A DNA stretch of 64,000 bases from Polyangiaceae bacterium (GTDB lineage: Bacteria > Myxococcota_A > Polyangia > Polyangiales > Polyangiaceae), in contig JAPSGB010000023.1 of NCBI GenBank assembly GCA_035063585.1, positions 1-64,000 on the forward strand. Direction: 5' to 3'. The position numbers and the translations under genes are program-made. Of the stretch, positions 37,690-48,148 are shown in pieces. Numbering within the stretch: the first letter of the stretch is position 1; each line of letters begins with the position of its first letter. The notes beneath the pieces were generated by a model. That model saw only the letters and a list, made by a program, of their open reading frames with translations, ran no database searches and had not been told where the DNA came from.

Positions 37690-38703
37690 ATGGGGTTTCT
37701 CCTCGGGTTCCTCTTCATCGCGCCCTTCGTTTTTCTCTATTTCCTGATCATCAAGGGCGTCGACCGCTACGAGCCCGAGCCGTTCTGGCTGCTGACGGTC
37801 GCCTTCTTCTGGGGCGCGATGGGCTCGACGCTGTTTGCCATCATCGGCAATGAGGTGGGGCAAGCGGCGCTCGGCGCGGCGCTCGGCGCCGGCAACCCTA
37901 TGGTCGACGCGTCCACCGCGACCTTCGTGGCGCCGGTCGTCGAGGAGAGCACCAAGGGGTTCGGCCTGCTCCTGCTCTGGGCTGCCTCGGCCTTCTGGCT
38001 GAAGGAGATCGACGGGCCGCTCGACGGCGCGATCTACGGGGGGGTCATCGGCCTCGGCTTCACGCTGACCGAGGACATCCTCTACACCTCGAGCGCACTG
38101 GCGCAGGGGGGTGGGGCCGCGTTCGGTTTCACCTTCGTCTTACGCACGATCTTTGGCGGGCTTGGGCACGCCACCTTCACGGCCATGACCGGGATCGGCA
38201 TCGGGGTCGCCATCGAGTCGAGGAACCCGCTGCTCAAGCTCATCGCGCCCATCGGCGGCTGGATGAGTGGGGTAGGGCTCCACTTCCTGCACAATTTCCT
38301 GGTCACCTTCTACGGCGGCGCAGGCCTCTTCATGAAGTTCGCGGTGTTCTGGTCCTTCGACGTGGCCTTCTTCATCGTGCTCTTCGTGCTCGTCTGGCGG
38401 GACCGGACCATCGTGCTGCGCCAGCTCGCCGGCGAGGTCGGGCAGCTCCTGCACCCGGCCGAGTACAAGCTGACGACCAGCTCGAACATGTTCATCCCGT
38501 TCTGGAACTGGTCGAAGCTGCGAGTGAGCGCGCGCGGCTACGGCTTGGCTCGCAAGAAGCAGCTCGCGCTCATCGACCTCGCGTTCGTGAAGGCGCGGCG
38601 TGAGCGCGGAGAGGGGGGCTCCATCCTCGATGGTCGCGAGCAGAAGCTGCGCTACGAGGTCGCGGTCGCCAATCAGCAGGGCGTCTTCATCGGCGCGCGC
38701 TGA
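37690..38703 (+). CDS. PrsW-family intramembrane metalloprotease
   Basis: DRYEPEP, APVVEESTKG (EExxK), GLGFTLTED, HATFT, LHFLHN; multi-TM. Confidence 0.93.
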   Translation: MGFLLGFLFIAPFVFLYFLIIKGVDRYEPEPFWLLTVAFFWGAMGSTLFAIIGNEVGQAALGAALGAGNPMVDASTATFVAPVVEESTKGFGLLLLWAASAFWLKEIDGPLDGAIYGGVIGLGFTLTEDILYTSSALAQGGGAAFGFTFVLRTIFGGLGHATFTAMTGIGIGVAIESRNPLLKLIAPIGGWMSGVGLHFLHNFLVTFYGGAGLFMKFAVFWSFDVAFFIVLFVLVWRDRTIVLRQLAGEVGQLLHPAEYKLTTSSNMFIPFWNWSKLRVSARGYGLARKKQLALIDLAFVKARRERGEGGSILDGREQKLRYEVAVANQQGVFIGAR

Positions 38704-38837
38704 GCGCCGTCGCGCGCCGGACGGCGGCGCGCGCCGAACGTCAGCACGCGCCGAACGTCAGCGCGGGCTCGGCGAGCGGTTCCGCGCCGGGCCGACCTCA
38801 CCCGAAGAGCGCGCGCGGAGCCGGGCCCGCGGGCTCT

Positions 38838-39977
<1,140 letters not shown>

Positions 39978-39980
39978 CGT

Positions 39981-40106
39981 CTACTCCTTTGCACGGTCTC
40001 TCAGCCGCTTGAGCTCGCTTCGCACCGCGCGGGCGCCGAGAGCGTAGCCCAGCGCGAGCCCGATCAGGAACACTCCCGGGATGAAGAGGAGGTGCCCCTC
40101 GGTCAT
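39981..40106 (-). CDS. 41-aa single-TM small protein
   Basis: ATG 40106 overlaps the CcmD-like stop (ATGA); MTEGHLLFIPGVFLIGLALGYALG plus basic tail; stop 3 nt before the acyl-CoA dehydrogenase start. Confidence 0.65.
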   Translation of the reverse strand: MTEGHLLFIPGVFLIGLALGYALGARAVRSELKRLRDRAKE

Positions 40107-40351
40107 GGCGCTTCGGGCGGAGCGGCGCGCTCGGCCCGGGCGAGCGCCTGCTCGAGGTCGGCGAGCCGCGCGGCGAGCCGGCTTTGACGGCGCCAGCCGA
40201 GGAGCACGAACCCGAAGACGAGCGCCCACATGATGAGATACGCGGTGAGGAGCAGCCCCTCGGCGCTCACCGTGTCGGTGCCGCCCTCGACCGGCCGAAA
40301 GTCCGCGGTGCGGCCCGCCGGGCTCGTGGTGAACGCGAGGTGGGTGGTCAT
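40103..40351 (-). CDS. CcmD-like small membrane protein
   Basis: Directly after ccmC; LL.AY..MW..VF.F TM then RRQ.RL...L..L coiled tail. Confidence 0.7.
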   Translation of the reverse strand: MTTHLAFTTSPAGRTADFRPVEGGTDTVSAEGLLLTAYLIMWALVFGFVLLGWRRQSRLAARLADLEQALARAERAAPPEAP

Positions 40352-40353
40352 GG

Positions 40354-41064
40354 TCAGAGTCCCTCGGTGATGCCGGCGGCGGCCGCGCGCTCCTCGGCGC
40401 GATCCACGCGGGCGGAGAGGAGCGCGAGCCTAGCGCGCAGCGCGAGCAAGACGATGGCGAGCAAGGTGAACGCGAGAAACCCGATGCCGAGTGCGGTCCC
40501 CATCCGCGGATCGGCGAGCCCGCCGCCGCCCTTCGTGATCACGACCGGGTGGTTGCCGCCCCATTTCTGGACCGAGTAGTGGATGATGGGCAGGTTCACC
40601 GTGCCGAGCACGCCGAGCGCTGCGGCGAATTTTCGCTCCGCGTCGCCGTCGCCGGCGAAGGCGCGCAGGACCACCACCGCGACGTATACGAGCACGCTGA
40701 GCAGCGACGTCGTGAGGCGCGGATCCCAGGTCCAGTACACGCCCCAGGCCTTGCGGGCCCAGAGCGGGCCGCTCACGAGCACGAGGAGCCCGAACACGAC
40801 CGCGCACTCGGCTCCCGCGCGCGCCCAGGCGTTTCGCCGATCGGTCGCGCCGACGAGATAGGCGGCGCTCGCGAGCATGCAGACCACGCCCGACAGGTAC
40901 ATCGCGTAGGCGGCGGGGACGTGAAAGTAGAAGATCTTCTGCGCGAGCCCGCCGGTGGCGAGCTGCGCCTCCGGGGTCACGTAGAGAATGTAGTAAATGA
41001 GGACCCCGATGGTCGCGGCGGCGGCTCCCAGCACGGCGTGGAAGGCGAGCGAGGCGCGCTGCAT
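40354..41064 (-). CDS. ccmC: Heme exporter / cytochrome c biogenesis protein CcmC
   Basis: IFYFHVP, GPLWARKAWGVYWTWDPRLT (WWD motif), NLPIIHYSV.KW...HP. Confidence 0.95.
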   Translation of the reverse strand: MQRASLAFHAVLGAAAATIGVLIYYILYVTPEAQLATGGLAQKIFYFHVPAAYAMYLSGVVCMLASAAYLVGATDRRNAWARAGAECAVVFGLLVLVSGPLWARKAWGVYWTWDPRLTTSLLSVLVYVAVVVLRAFAGDGDAERKFAAALGVLGTVNLPIIHYSVQKWGGNHPVVITKGGGGLADPRMGTALGIGFLAFTLLAIVLLALRARLALLSARVDRAEERAAAAGITEGL

Positions 41065-41106
41065 GGCGACCGCGAACCTAGCCTCGGCCAGAGCTCAAAT
41101 CCACCC

Positions 41107-42534
41107 TCAGACGTCACAGGTCGACAGCGCGAGCAGGGCGGCGAGCCTCGCGCGGACCACCCCGAACTCCTTGATCGCGAGGTCGAGCTCGGCCTCGCGG
41201 AGCCGCTTGGCCGCGTCTACCAGGTCGAAGCTCGTCCCCGCGCCGTTCATGAAGGCGAGCTTGGAGAGCCGGGCGTTCTCGGCAGCGAGCTCGCGGGATT
41301 TCCGGCTGACGGTCAGGGTCGCCTCGGCGACCGTCACCGCGCGCTCGGCCTGGGCGACCTGCACGGTCGCCTGCCGGCGCGTCTCCCCGAGCTGTTGGCG
41401 AGCGATCCTGAGCGAGCCCTGGCTCATCGCGCGCTGGCCGTAGCGGAGGCCGCCATCGTAGAGCTGCCAGCTCAAGACCCCCCCGATCGACCAGGCGAGG
41501 TGGCGGCCGTTCGGGTTGGCTCGCTCGTACGACTGATAGCCGAGGTCCGAGACCAGATCGACGGTGGGCAGGTATTGCCAGTCGACGCTATCCACGTTCC
41601 GTTCGGCGACCTCGACCTCCGCCTTGGCGGCCCTCACGTCCGGCCGGCTCTCCACGTTCGGATCGGCGTGGCAGACCCGGGCGGCGTCGCCCGCGAGCGA
41701 ATCGAGCGTGATCGATGGGCTCACGCCGTAGGGCTCGTCCGAGCCCATCGCGAGCCCGAGCGCCTCGCGCGTCTGGCGAACGCTCTCGGTCGCGGACACG
41801 ATCTGCGCGCGCGCCAGCGCCACCTCCTGCTCGGCGCGCAGCACGTCGATCGCGGTCGCGGCGCCGAGACGCGCGCGGCCCTGGGTAAGATCCAAGGTCG
41901 AGAGCGCTGCGCCGAGCGAGACGCGGCTCACCTCGGCGAGCCGCTCGGCGGTCACGGCGGTCACGATGGCGTCCGCCACCTGCGCGAGCACGAGTCGCTC
42001 GGTCTCCTTGACGTCGAGCTCGGCCGCGCGGCGCGCGCGCTTGGCGCTCCCGGTGTCGTACCAGGCCTGCGGCGCGAACAGTGGGACGCTGAGATCGAGG
42101 TTCGCCGACCAGGTCGTCAGCGGGTTGGGGATGGTCCCCTGGGTGAGCCCGCTCGCCCCGAAATAGAAGCCCTCGCCGGTGATGAGGTGGCGATTGACGC
42201 GCCCGGTCCCGGTGAGCCTGGGCAGCGCGCGCGCCAGCGCCTGGCGTTCCTGCGCGGTCGCCTGCTCGACCTTCGCCTGCGCGAGCTGGAGCGACGAGGC
42301 TCGCGCGCGGATCATCCCGAGCGCGTCGCGCCACGAGCCCAGCGTGTGCGCGGGCGCCGGCGGCGCGGCGAGCATCGGATCGTCGATCTCGGGCAGCTTC
42401 GGCTCGGCGGGCGCGTCGGTGGGCGGCGCGGCGGCGCCAGGCGCCCCAGCCGGCGCGGCCGGCGCGGCCGGCTGGGCGAGCGCGGGCGTCGCGGTGAACA
42501 GGAGCAGGGCGGAGACGACCGGGAGTCGAGTCAT
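41107..42534 (-). CDS. TolC-family outer-membrane efflux protein
   Basis: Signal from ATG 42534; two OEP repeats (LP.L, LSVPLF, RPDVRAA, LSWQLYDGG, GAGTSFDLVDA). Confidence 0.9.
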   Translation of the reverse strand: MTRLPVVSALLLFTATPALAQPAAPAAPAGAPGAAAPPTDAPAEPKLPEIDDPMLAAPPAPAHTLGSWRDALGMIRARASSLQLAQAKVEQATAQERQALARALPRLTGTGRVNRHLITGEGFYFGASGLTQGTIPNPLTTWSANLDLSVPLFAPQAWYDTGSAKRARRAAELDVKETERLVLAQVADAIVTAVTAERLAEVSRVSLGAALSTLDLTQGRARLGAATAIDVLRAEQEVALARAQIVSATESVRQTREALGLAMGSDEPYGVSPSITLDSLAGDAARVCHADPNVESRPDVRAAKAEVEVAERNVDSVDWQYLPTVDLVSDLGYQSYERANPNGRHLAWSIGGVLSWQLYDGGLRYGQRAMSQGSLRIARQQLGETRRQATVQVAQAERAVTVAEATLTVSRKSRELAAENARLSKLAFMNGAGTSFDLVDAAKRLREAELDLAIKEFGVVRARLAALLALSTCDV

Positions 42535-42606
42535 GACGACTCTCGATAGTTTCCCGTTCGCGCCGCGCAAAGGGGGAGCGCGCGGAAAACGCCCGAGAGT
42601 GCGGAT

Positions 42607-43257
42607 TCAGCGCCCCTCGGAGCGCCGCTGGTCGTCCCCTGTTCCCCGCTCGGTTTCCGCTTCGCGGGCCGGCGGCTCAGCCGACCAGCCGGAAAGCAAG
42701 GACTCGAGCCGCTCCTCGTCGCCGTCGAGCGCGCGCGCGAGCACCCGCCGCGCCTCGTCGGCGCGCCCGCATCGGGCCAAGGCGTGGGCGTATGAAGCCG
42801 CGACCTCCGGTTGGTCTGGGAGCCCGCGGTACGCGCGCGCCAAGTAACCGAGGGCCGCGTCCGGCGTCTCGAACGCGACGTCGAGCAGGTGCCCGAGGTT
42901 GTGCGCCGTGGACGCGCAGTCGGGGGCGAGGTGGAGCGCTCGCCGCTGCGCGCGGAGCGCGAGCCGGAGGTGCCCGAGCGCGGTATAGGCGAGCCCGAGG
43001 ATCCCCCACGCGCGGCCATCGTCTGGTGACTCGGCGATGACCCGGCGCGCGAGCCGGGCCGCCCGCCAGGGCGCGCGCGGCACCAGCGCCTCGGCGAGGT
43101 GACGGGTCGCGACGAGCGCGAGGGCGGAGCGCGCGTCGGCGACCCGGAGCACCCGCTCGAGCATCGGCACGAGATCGCGCGCGCCGAGCCCGCGCATGCG
43201 AGCCCACTCCGCGTCACGGAGCAGCGACTCGGCGTTCTCGGCGCGCTTTCGCTTCAT
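42607..43257 (-). CDS. TPR-repeat protein
   Basis: PDDGRAWGILGLAY..LG....A...QRRAL.LAP, HNLG.LL, YAHALAR.GR.DEA. Confidence 0.8.
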   Translation of the reverse strand: MKRKRAENAESLLRDAEWARMRGLGARDLVPMLERVLRVADARSALALVATRHLAEALVPRAPWRAARLARRVIAESPDDGRAWGILGLAYTALGHLRLALRAQRRALHLAPDCASTAHNLGHLLDVAFETPDAALGYLARAYRGLPDQPEVAASYAHALARCGRADEARRVLARALDGDEERLESLLSGWSAEPPAREAETERGTGDDQRRSEGR

Positions 43258-43338
43258 GAGCCTCTCGAGCGTGTAGCATCTCTCGCCCGAGCGCGCAGGC
43301 GGGGACGGCCGTCCGAGAGGCGCGTGAGCGCGTGCGGC

Positions 43339-45285
43339 TCAGGCTCGCCCGCGCGCCTCTTCGGCCAGCGCCTGGCGTCCGGCGATGGTCGCGCCGTTCA
43401 GCGCCTCGATGGCGCGCGCGAGCATGTCGCGTCGCACGCCGACGAAGGAATGTCGGAAGCGAACATTGACGTAGCGGGTGGCGTCCGGCTGGATACCGTG
43501 CTCCTCGAGCAGCGCCTCGAAGTCCCGGGTGTCGGCGCCGTCCTTGCGACCGATGTTGACGAACACCTCGGCGTCGTCGGCTCCGGCTCGGCGAGGCTCG
43601 GGGGTGGTGCTCGCGCCGGCCGCGTCGGCCCGAGGTTCCGGCGCCGCCTCCGCGCGCTCGCCGCGTGAGCGGCGCGAACGGCGCGGCCGCCCCGCATCGG
43701 CCGTCGGCTCCGCGCGCGGCTCGACGGACTCGGCGCGCGGCTCGACGGACTCGGCGCGCGGCTCGACGGACTCGGCGCGCGGCTCGACGGACTCGGCGCG
43801 CGGCTCGACGGACTTGGCGCGCGGCTCGACGGACTCGGCGCGCGGCTCGACGGACTTGGCGCGCGGCTCCGGTGTGGCGGTCGCCGGAGCGCGCCGCTCG
43901 GCTGCGCGCGGCGCGGCCGCGCGCGGCGCGGACTTGGCTCGGCGTGCGGCGGTCGCCTCCTCGGCAGCCTCGGGGCGTGCGCCGAGGTGGTCGCGCAGCA
44001 GGCCAGCCACGATCGACTCCGCGCGTTCGTGGGTGAGCAGGCGCCGCGCGAGCGCCAGGTCGTCGGCGTGGAGCGCGCGAGCCGCGAACATGCCGGCGAA
44101 GAGGTTCACGAGATCGGTCTCGGCGCGAGTCTGCAGATCGCGCGCGCTCGGGAGTTGCTTCTCGATCGGGGTGATCTTGTAGGTGAGCCGGAGCAGGTAC
44201 AGGTTTCCGAGATCGGACGGCTCGAGCATGGTGATGGCCGTGCCCGTGCGCCCGGCGCGGCCGGTTCGCCCGGTGCGATGGACGTAATTCTCCATCGAGT
44301 CCGGGAAATCGAAGTTGATGACGTGGGTGAGGTGCGAGATGTCGATCCCGCGGGCCGCGACGTCGGTCGCGACCAGGAAGCGCACCTCGCCGCTGCGCGT
44401 GGCGGTCATCACCTTCTCGCGGTCATTTTGCGCGAGATCCGCGTTGAGCCAGTCGGCCGCGTAGCCCTGCTGCTGCAGGGCGGCGGCGACCCGCTTGGTG
44501 TCGTCGCGCGTGTTGCAAAATACGATCGCGCTCTCCGGGTTCTCGAGATCGATCACCTGAAGGAAGTCGGCGAGCTTGTCGGCGAGGCTCAGATACACGA
44601 AGTGATCGATCTCGAGCGCGCCCACGTGATCGCCGCTCAGCGTGATGAAGTCGGGCGATTTCAGCCGCGTCTCGGCCATGCGCACGATGTCGGGCGGGAG
44701 CGTCGCCGAGAAGAGTAGGGTCTGCCGCGCGTCGGGCAGGAACGCCATGATGTCGTTGATCTGCGGCAAGAACCCCATGCTCAGCATCTCGTCGCTCTCG
44801 TCGAGGACGAAGACGCGGATCGACTCCGCGGAGAGCGTCCCGCGGCGGAGGTGGTCGAGCACTCGCCCGGGCGTTCCGACGACGACCTGGGCGCCCTCCT
44901 CGATTTGCTGGATCTGGCGGGGCATCGGCGCGCCGCCATAGACGGCCACCACGCTGACGCCGCGATGGCGCCCGAGCGACTCCACCTCGCGGGTCACCTG
45001 GAGGGCGAGTTCTCGGGTCGGGCAGAGCACCAGGGCCTGCACCGCGGCCACCGCGCGCTTCACCAGCCCGTCGACGAGCGGCATGCCGAACGCCGCGGTC
45101 TTGCCGGTGCCCGTCCGTGCCTGGACGACCAGATCGCGACCGCGCTGGGCGGGCTCGAAGACCTCTCGCTGAACGGGGGTGGGGTGGGTATAGCCGAGCT
45201 CGTCGATGGCCTGGCGCAGCTCGGGCGAGAGCGGGAGCACATCGAAGGTCGGAGGCGGGGCGGTGTCAGCGGGTGTTTCGAGCAT
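43339..45285 (-). CDS. DEAD-box RNA helicase with C-terminal DbpA-type RNA-binding domain (DeaD/CsdA-like)
   Basis: Q motif PTPVQ, ARTGTGKT, PTRELA, TPGR, LDESDEML (motif II variant), SAT, ARGID, HRTGRTGR; FVNIGRKDG...HSFV DbpA-like end. Confidence 0.95.
   Translation of the reverse strand: MLETPADTAPPPTFDVLPLSPELRQAIDELGYTHPTPVQREVFEPAQRGRDLVVQARTGTGKTAAFGMPLVDGLVKRAVAAVQALVLCPTRELALQVTREVESLGRHRGVSVVAVYGGAPMPRQIQQIEEGAQVVVGTPGRVLDHLRRGTLSAESIRVFVLDESDEMLSMGFLPQINDIMAFLPDARQTLLFSATLPPDIVRMAETRLKSPDFITLSGDHVGALEIDHFVYLSLADKLADFLQVIDLENPESAIVFCNTRDDTKRVAAALQQQGYAADWLNADLAQNDREKVMTATRSGEVRFLVATDVAARGIDISHLTHVINFDFPDSMENYVHRTGRTGRAGRTGTAITMLEPSDLGNLYLLRLTYKITPIEKQLPSARDLQTRAETDLVNLFAGMFAARALHADDLALARRLLTHERAESIVAGLLRDHLGARPEAAEEATAARRAKSAPRAAAPRAAERRAPATATPEPRAKSVEPRAESVEPRAKSVEPRAESVEPRAESVEPRAESVEPRAESVEPRAEPTADAGRPRRSRRSRGERAEAAPEPRADAAGASTTPEPRRAGADDAEVFVNIGRKDGADTRDFEALLEEHGIQPDATRYVNVRFRHSFVGVRRDMLARAIEALNGATIAGRQALAEEARGRA
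43712..43869 (-). repeat. 21-bp coding tandem repeat, 7.5 copies, encoding EPRA(E/K)SV
   Basis: Plus-strand unit gcgcgcggctcgacggact(c/t)g at 43712, 43733, 43754, 43775, 43796, 43817 and 43838, plus a partial copy. Confidence 0.95.
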
Positions 45286-45374
45286 CGAGCCGGCGCGAGC
45301 CTAGTGCGTTTGAGCACCCTCGGCCAGGCTCGAGCGCGCCACGAGCGAGCTTTTTTCGGCCAGATTTCCCGGGC

Positions 45375-45851
45375 TCACCGGGCCGCGGCCGGCGCGCGCC
45401 CGAGCTCCTCGAGCAGCCCCCGAGCGCGCTCGCGCCGCTCGGCGAGCCCGCCCGCCTCGTAGCGCACCGCGTGCTCTTCCGCGTAACGGAGCTGATCGGC
45501 GGTTCGGAGCGCCGCTCCGGCCCACGCATCCCCGCGGCAGCGAGCGTCGAGGGCCGGCCGGGCCGACCACTCTGGCTCGAGCGCGGCGCGGAAGCGCGTG
45601 AGCGCGTCGCGCTCGCCCGCGGGGCCGCGCGCGGCGGCCGCCCGCGCGCGTTCGACCGAGCCGAGGAGCGCCGCGACGCCGCCCCGACAGTCGAGGGTGG
45701 TCGGCTCGACCTCGGGCGCCCAAACCTGCACCAGCACCTCGGTGGCGCTGACCGCCGTAAACGTGGTCATGATGAGCCCGAACACCGCAATTCCGGCCCT
45801 TCGTCCGAGCTTCTCGGCGCGACCAGGACCCGCGGACGGCGCTTCCGGCAT
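45375..45851 (-). CDS. Hypothetical membrane-anchored helical protein
   Basis: One N-terminal TM (GIAVFGLIMTTFTAVSA), two Cys, LRYAEEHAVRYE; start 45851 or 45863. Confidence 0.6.
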   Translation of the reverse strand: MPEAPSAGPGRAEKLGRRAGIAVFGLIMTTFTAVSATEVLVQVWAPEVEPTTLDCRGGVAALLGSVERARAAAARGPAGERDALTRFRAALEPEWSARPALDARCRGDAWAGAALRTADQLRYAEEHAVRYEAGGLAERRERARGLLEELGRAPAAAR

Positions 45852-45993
45852 GAAATGCCGCATACTGCCCGAGCCCGCGCGTGACAAGCGACCCGGGCTC
45901 GGTCCCGCGCTGCGAGGTCCGGTCGTCCCGGTCGTCCGGCTCGCCGATAGTGCTTCCAACTTTCCCCGAAAGTTGCGAAACCGGGGGCCGGTC

Positions 45994-47025
45994 ATGGCCC
46001 TCCGAGTCGAAGACGCCGTCGCGACCCTGACCCGCTCGGCGGACGCGCAGGCGGTGGATCCGACCCTCCAGCACCGGCTCGCGGCGGTCCAAGCGCTGCT
46101 CGCGAGCGATCTGCGCTGGGTGGAGGCGGCGCTCGACCAGGCGGCGTCCGAGGGTCCGGCGCCGGCCACCGACGCCGCGCGCCACCTGGTGTCGCGCGGC
46201 GGGAAGCGGGTTCGTCCGATGGCGTTGCTCCTCAGCGCGGCGTGCTTCGGCCCCATCCCCGCCGCGGCGCGCGAGCTCGCGGTGGTCTGCGAGTTGGTCC
46301 ACTCGGCGACCCTGCTCCACGACGACGTGATCGACGACGGCGACGAGCGCCGGGGCGCGCCGACCGCGCGCCGCATCTGGGGAAACGGCATCAGCGTGCT
46401 CTCGGGCGATCTGCTGCTCGTGCACTCCCTCTCCCGCACGCTCGCGCACGCGCCCGCGCTGATGCCGGACCTCATCGAGACGCTCACCCGGCTCGTCGAG
46501 GGCGAGATCCTCCAGATGCGCGGGCGAACCGAGCTGGACGTGAGCCTCGAGACCTACGAACGGGTGCTCCGCGGCAAGACCGCCTCGCTCTTCGGGTGGG
46601 CGACGCGCGCCGGGGCGCAGGTCTCGGGCGCAGGCGCCGAGGCCGCGCGGCGCCTCTTCGAGTTCGGGGAGGCGCTTGGCATGGCGTTCCAGCTCGTCGA
46701 TGACGTCATCGACTACTCGGGAGAGCGGAGCGGCAAGCCGCTCTTCGCGGATCTCAGCGAGGGGAAGCTCACCCTGCCGTTGGTGCTGGCGGTCGAGGAG
46801 CGCCCCGAGCTGCTCGGCCCGCTCGCGCGAATCCACGCGGGCGATCTCGAGCCCGTCGCGGAGGTGGCGGCGGCCGTGCTCGAGAGCGGCGCGTGCGACG
46901 AGGTGCGTCGTCGCGCCGGAGAGCACACGGCTCGCGCGATCGCTGCGCTCGAGGCGGTGCCCGGAGGCTCCGCGCGCGAGCTGCTCGCGGGGGTCGCGCG
47001 CGGGCTAGCGGAGCGAGCCTCGTAG
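45994..47025 (+). CDS. Long-chain polyprenyl diphosphate synthase (IspB-like)
   Basis: GGKRVRP, first Asp-rich motif ATLLHDDVID..DERRG, GKTA, second motif FQLVDDVID, DL.EGKLTLP. Confidence 0.93.
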   Translation: MALRVEDAVATLTRSADAQAVDPTLQHRLAAVQALLASDLRWVEAALDQAASEGPAPATDAARHLVSRGGKRVRPMALLLSAACFGPIPAAARELAVVCELVHSATLLHDDVIDDGDERRGAPTARRIWGNGISVLSGDLLLVHSLSRTLAHAPALMPDLIETLTRLVEGEILQMRGRTELDVSLETYERVLRGKTASLFGWATRAGAQVSGAGAEAARRLFEFGEALGMAFQLVDDVIDYSGERSGKPLFADLSEGKLTLPLVLAVEERPELLGPLARIHAGDLEPVAEVAAAVLESGACDEVRRRAGEHTARAIAALEAVPGGSARELLAGVARGLAERAS

Positions 47026-47101
47026 CGCGGCGAGCGCCGCGCTCGAGGTCGGCCGCGCCGCGCGTCCACCGCGCCGCCCCGGCAATCCCTCCTCGCGGCG
47101 C

Positions 47102-48100
47102 TCAGTTCAAGACGCGGTCGGCGGGGCGAGCCGGGGGCGGCTCGATGAAGGTCGCGATGACCTCGCGTTCGAGCGCGGTCTTGAGCTCCGCCTCGACGAG
47201 CTCGACCGCGCCCGCGACGCGCTCGATGTTGCGCTGGTAGACGATGATGCGCGCTTTCGGATCCTCCCCGGACTCCGGGGCGACGCCGTCGAGGAGCACG
47301 AGCGCGCGCGGATCGACCCCGTCGACCACCACCTCGACGCCCGGGACGTCGGAGACGTAGAGCTCCTCTTCGCGTAGGTGTGCCCGAAACCGCTCGTCGA
47401 GCGCCGCAATCGCGCGACGAGCGGCCATCTCGAACGTCTCGCGGGTGAGTGTCCACGGCGGCACCGGCACGGTGAGGTCGAGCTCGCGAGCGCGGAGGAA
47501 GGCGACGGTGGCGCCGGCGGCGTCGCCGCGCTCATCGCGCACGAGCCCGAGGTAGTAAGCGGCCTCGGGGTTCTCCGGGTTGTGGCGCGAGGCGTCCTCG
47601 ATGAGCGGTGCGGCCCGCTCCACGTCGCCGACCTCGTAGTAGGCGCGCCCGACCAGGAACAGGTGGTTCGGGTTCTCGAAGGGTCCGCGCGGAAACGAGC
47701 GCGCGAGGAGCTTGGCCTGCTCGAGCTCGTTCTTGCCGATCAGCGCGTCGAACTTGAGGAGCAGCGCGTCGACCAGCTCGTCGTCGTTCTCCGCCAGGTC
47801 GAGCGCCTGGTCGCACATGTCGATGGCGCCGTCGAAATCGCCGAGCGGGTGGATGTAGACCTCCGCCGCGTTGAGCATCGCCTCGAGGTAGGTGTCGTCG
47901 AGCGCGATCGCCTGGCGGTAATGCTCGACCGCCTCCTCGAACTCACCTTGGAGCGCGCAGACGTAGCCGAGGAGATTATAGGCCTCGGGCGACTGGCTAT
48001 CGAGCTCGAGCGCGCGCCGGGCCGACACCTCGGCCCCGGCCGAGTCGCCGCGCTGCACGAGGTCCCAGCCGCGATCGAGGTGAGCCGAGAATTGATCCAT
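47102..48100 (-). CDS. TPR protein with C-terminal zincin-like domain lacking HExxH
   Basis: Five to six TPR-like units; DVP......G.DPR, RIIVYQRNIER, then ALEREVIA where HExxH is expected. Confidence 0.75.
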   Translation of the reverse strand: MDQFSAHLDRGWDLVQRGDSAGAEVSARRALELDSQSPEAYNLLGYVCALQGEFEEAVEHYRQAIALDDTYLEAMLNAAEVYIHPLGDFDGAIDMCDQALDLAENDDELVDALLLKFDALIGKNELEQAKLLARSFPRGPFENPNHLFLVGRAYYEVGDVERAAPLIEDASRHNPENPEAAYYLGLVRDERGDAAGATVAFLRARELDLTVPVPPWTLTRETFEMAARRAIAALDERFRAHLREEELYVSDVPGVEVVVDGVDPRALVLLDGVAPESGEDPKARIIVYQRNIERVAGAVELVEAELKTALEREVIATFIEPPPARPADRVLN

Positions 48101-48148
48101 GGCGTCCGCTCAGATGGCCCCGAAGCGGTCATGCGTCAAGCCGACTCC

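Noticed and set aside
38730..38762. 16-bp direct repeat cgcgccgaacgtcagc twice in a convergent intergenic region
   Set aside because: The copies are 1 nt apart with no element between them; most simply a slippage duplication rather than a mobile-element footprint.
41107..42534. TolC as the outer-membrane exit of the MCE/SctJ module
   Set aside because: It lies over 25 kb away with no linkage evidence, and orphan TolC genes are common.
43712..43869. 21-bp repeats here and at 27810 as CRISPR arrays or a shared repeat family
   Set aside because: They are head-to-tail with no spacers, in frame within CDSs, and there are no cas genes. The shared 12-mer gcgcggctcgac is plausible by chance in this GC- and CTCGA-rich DNA.
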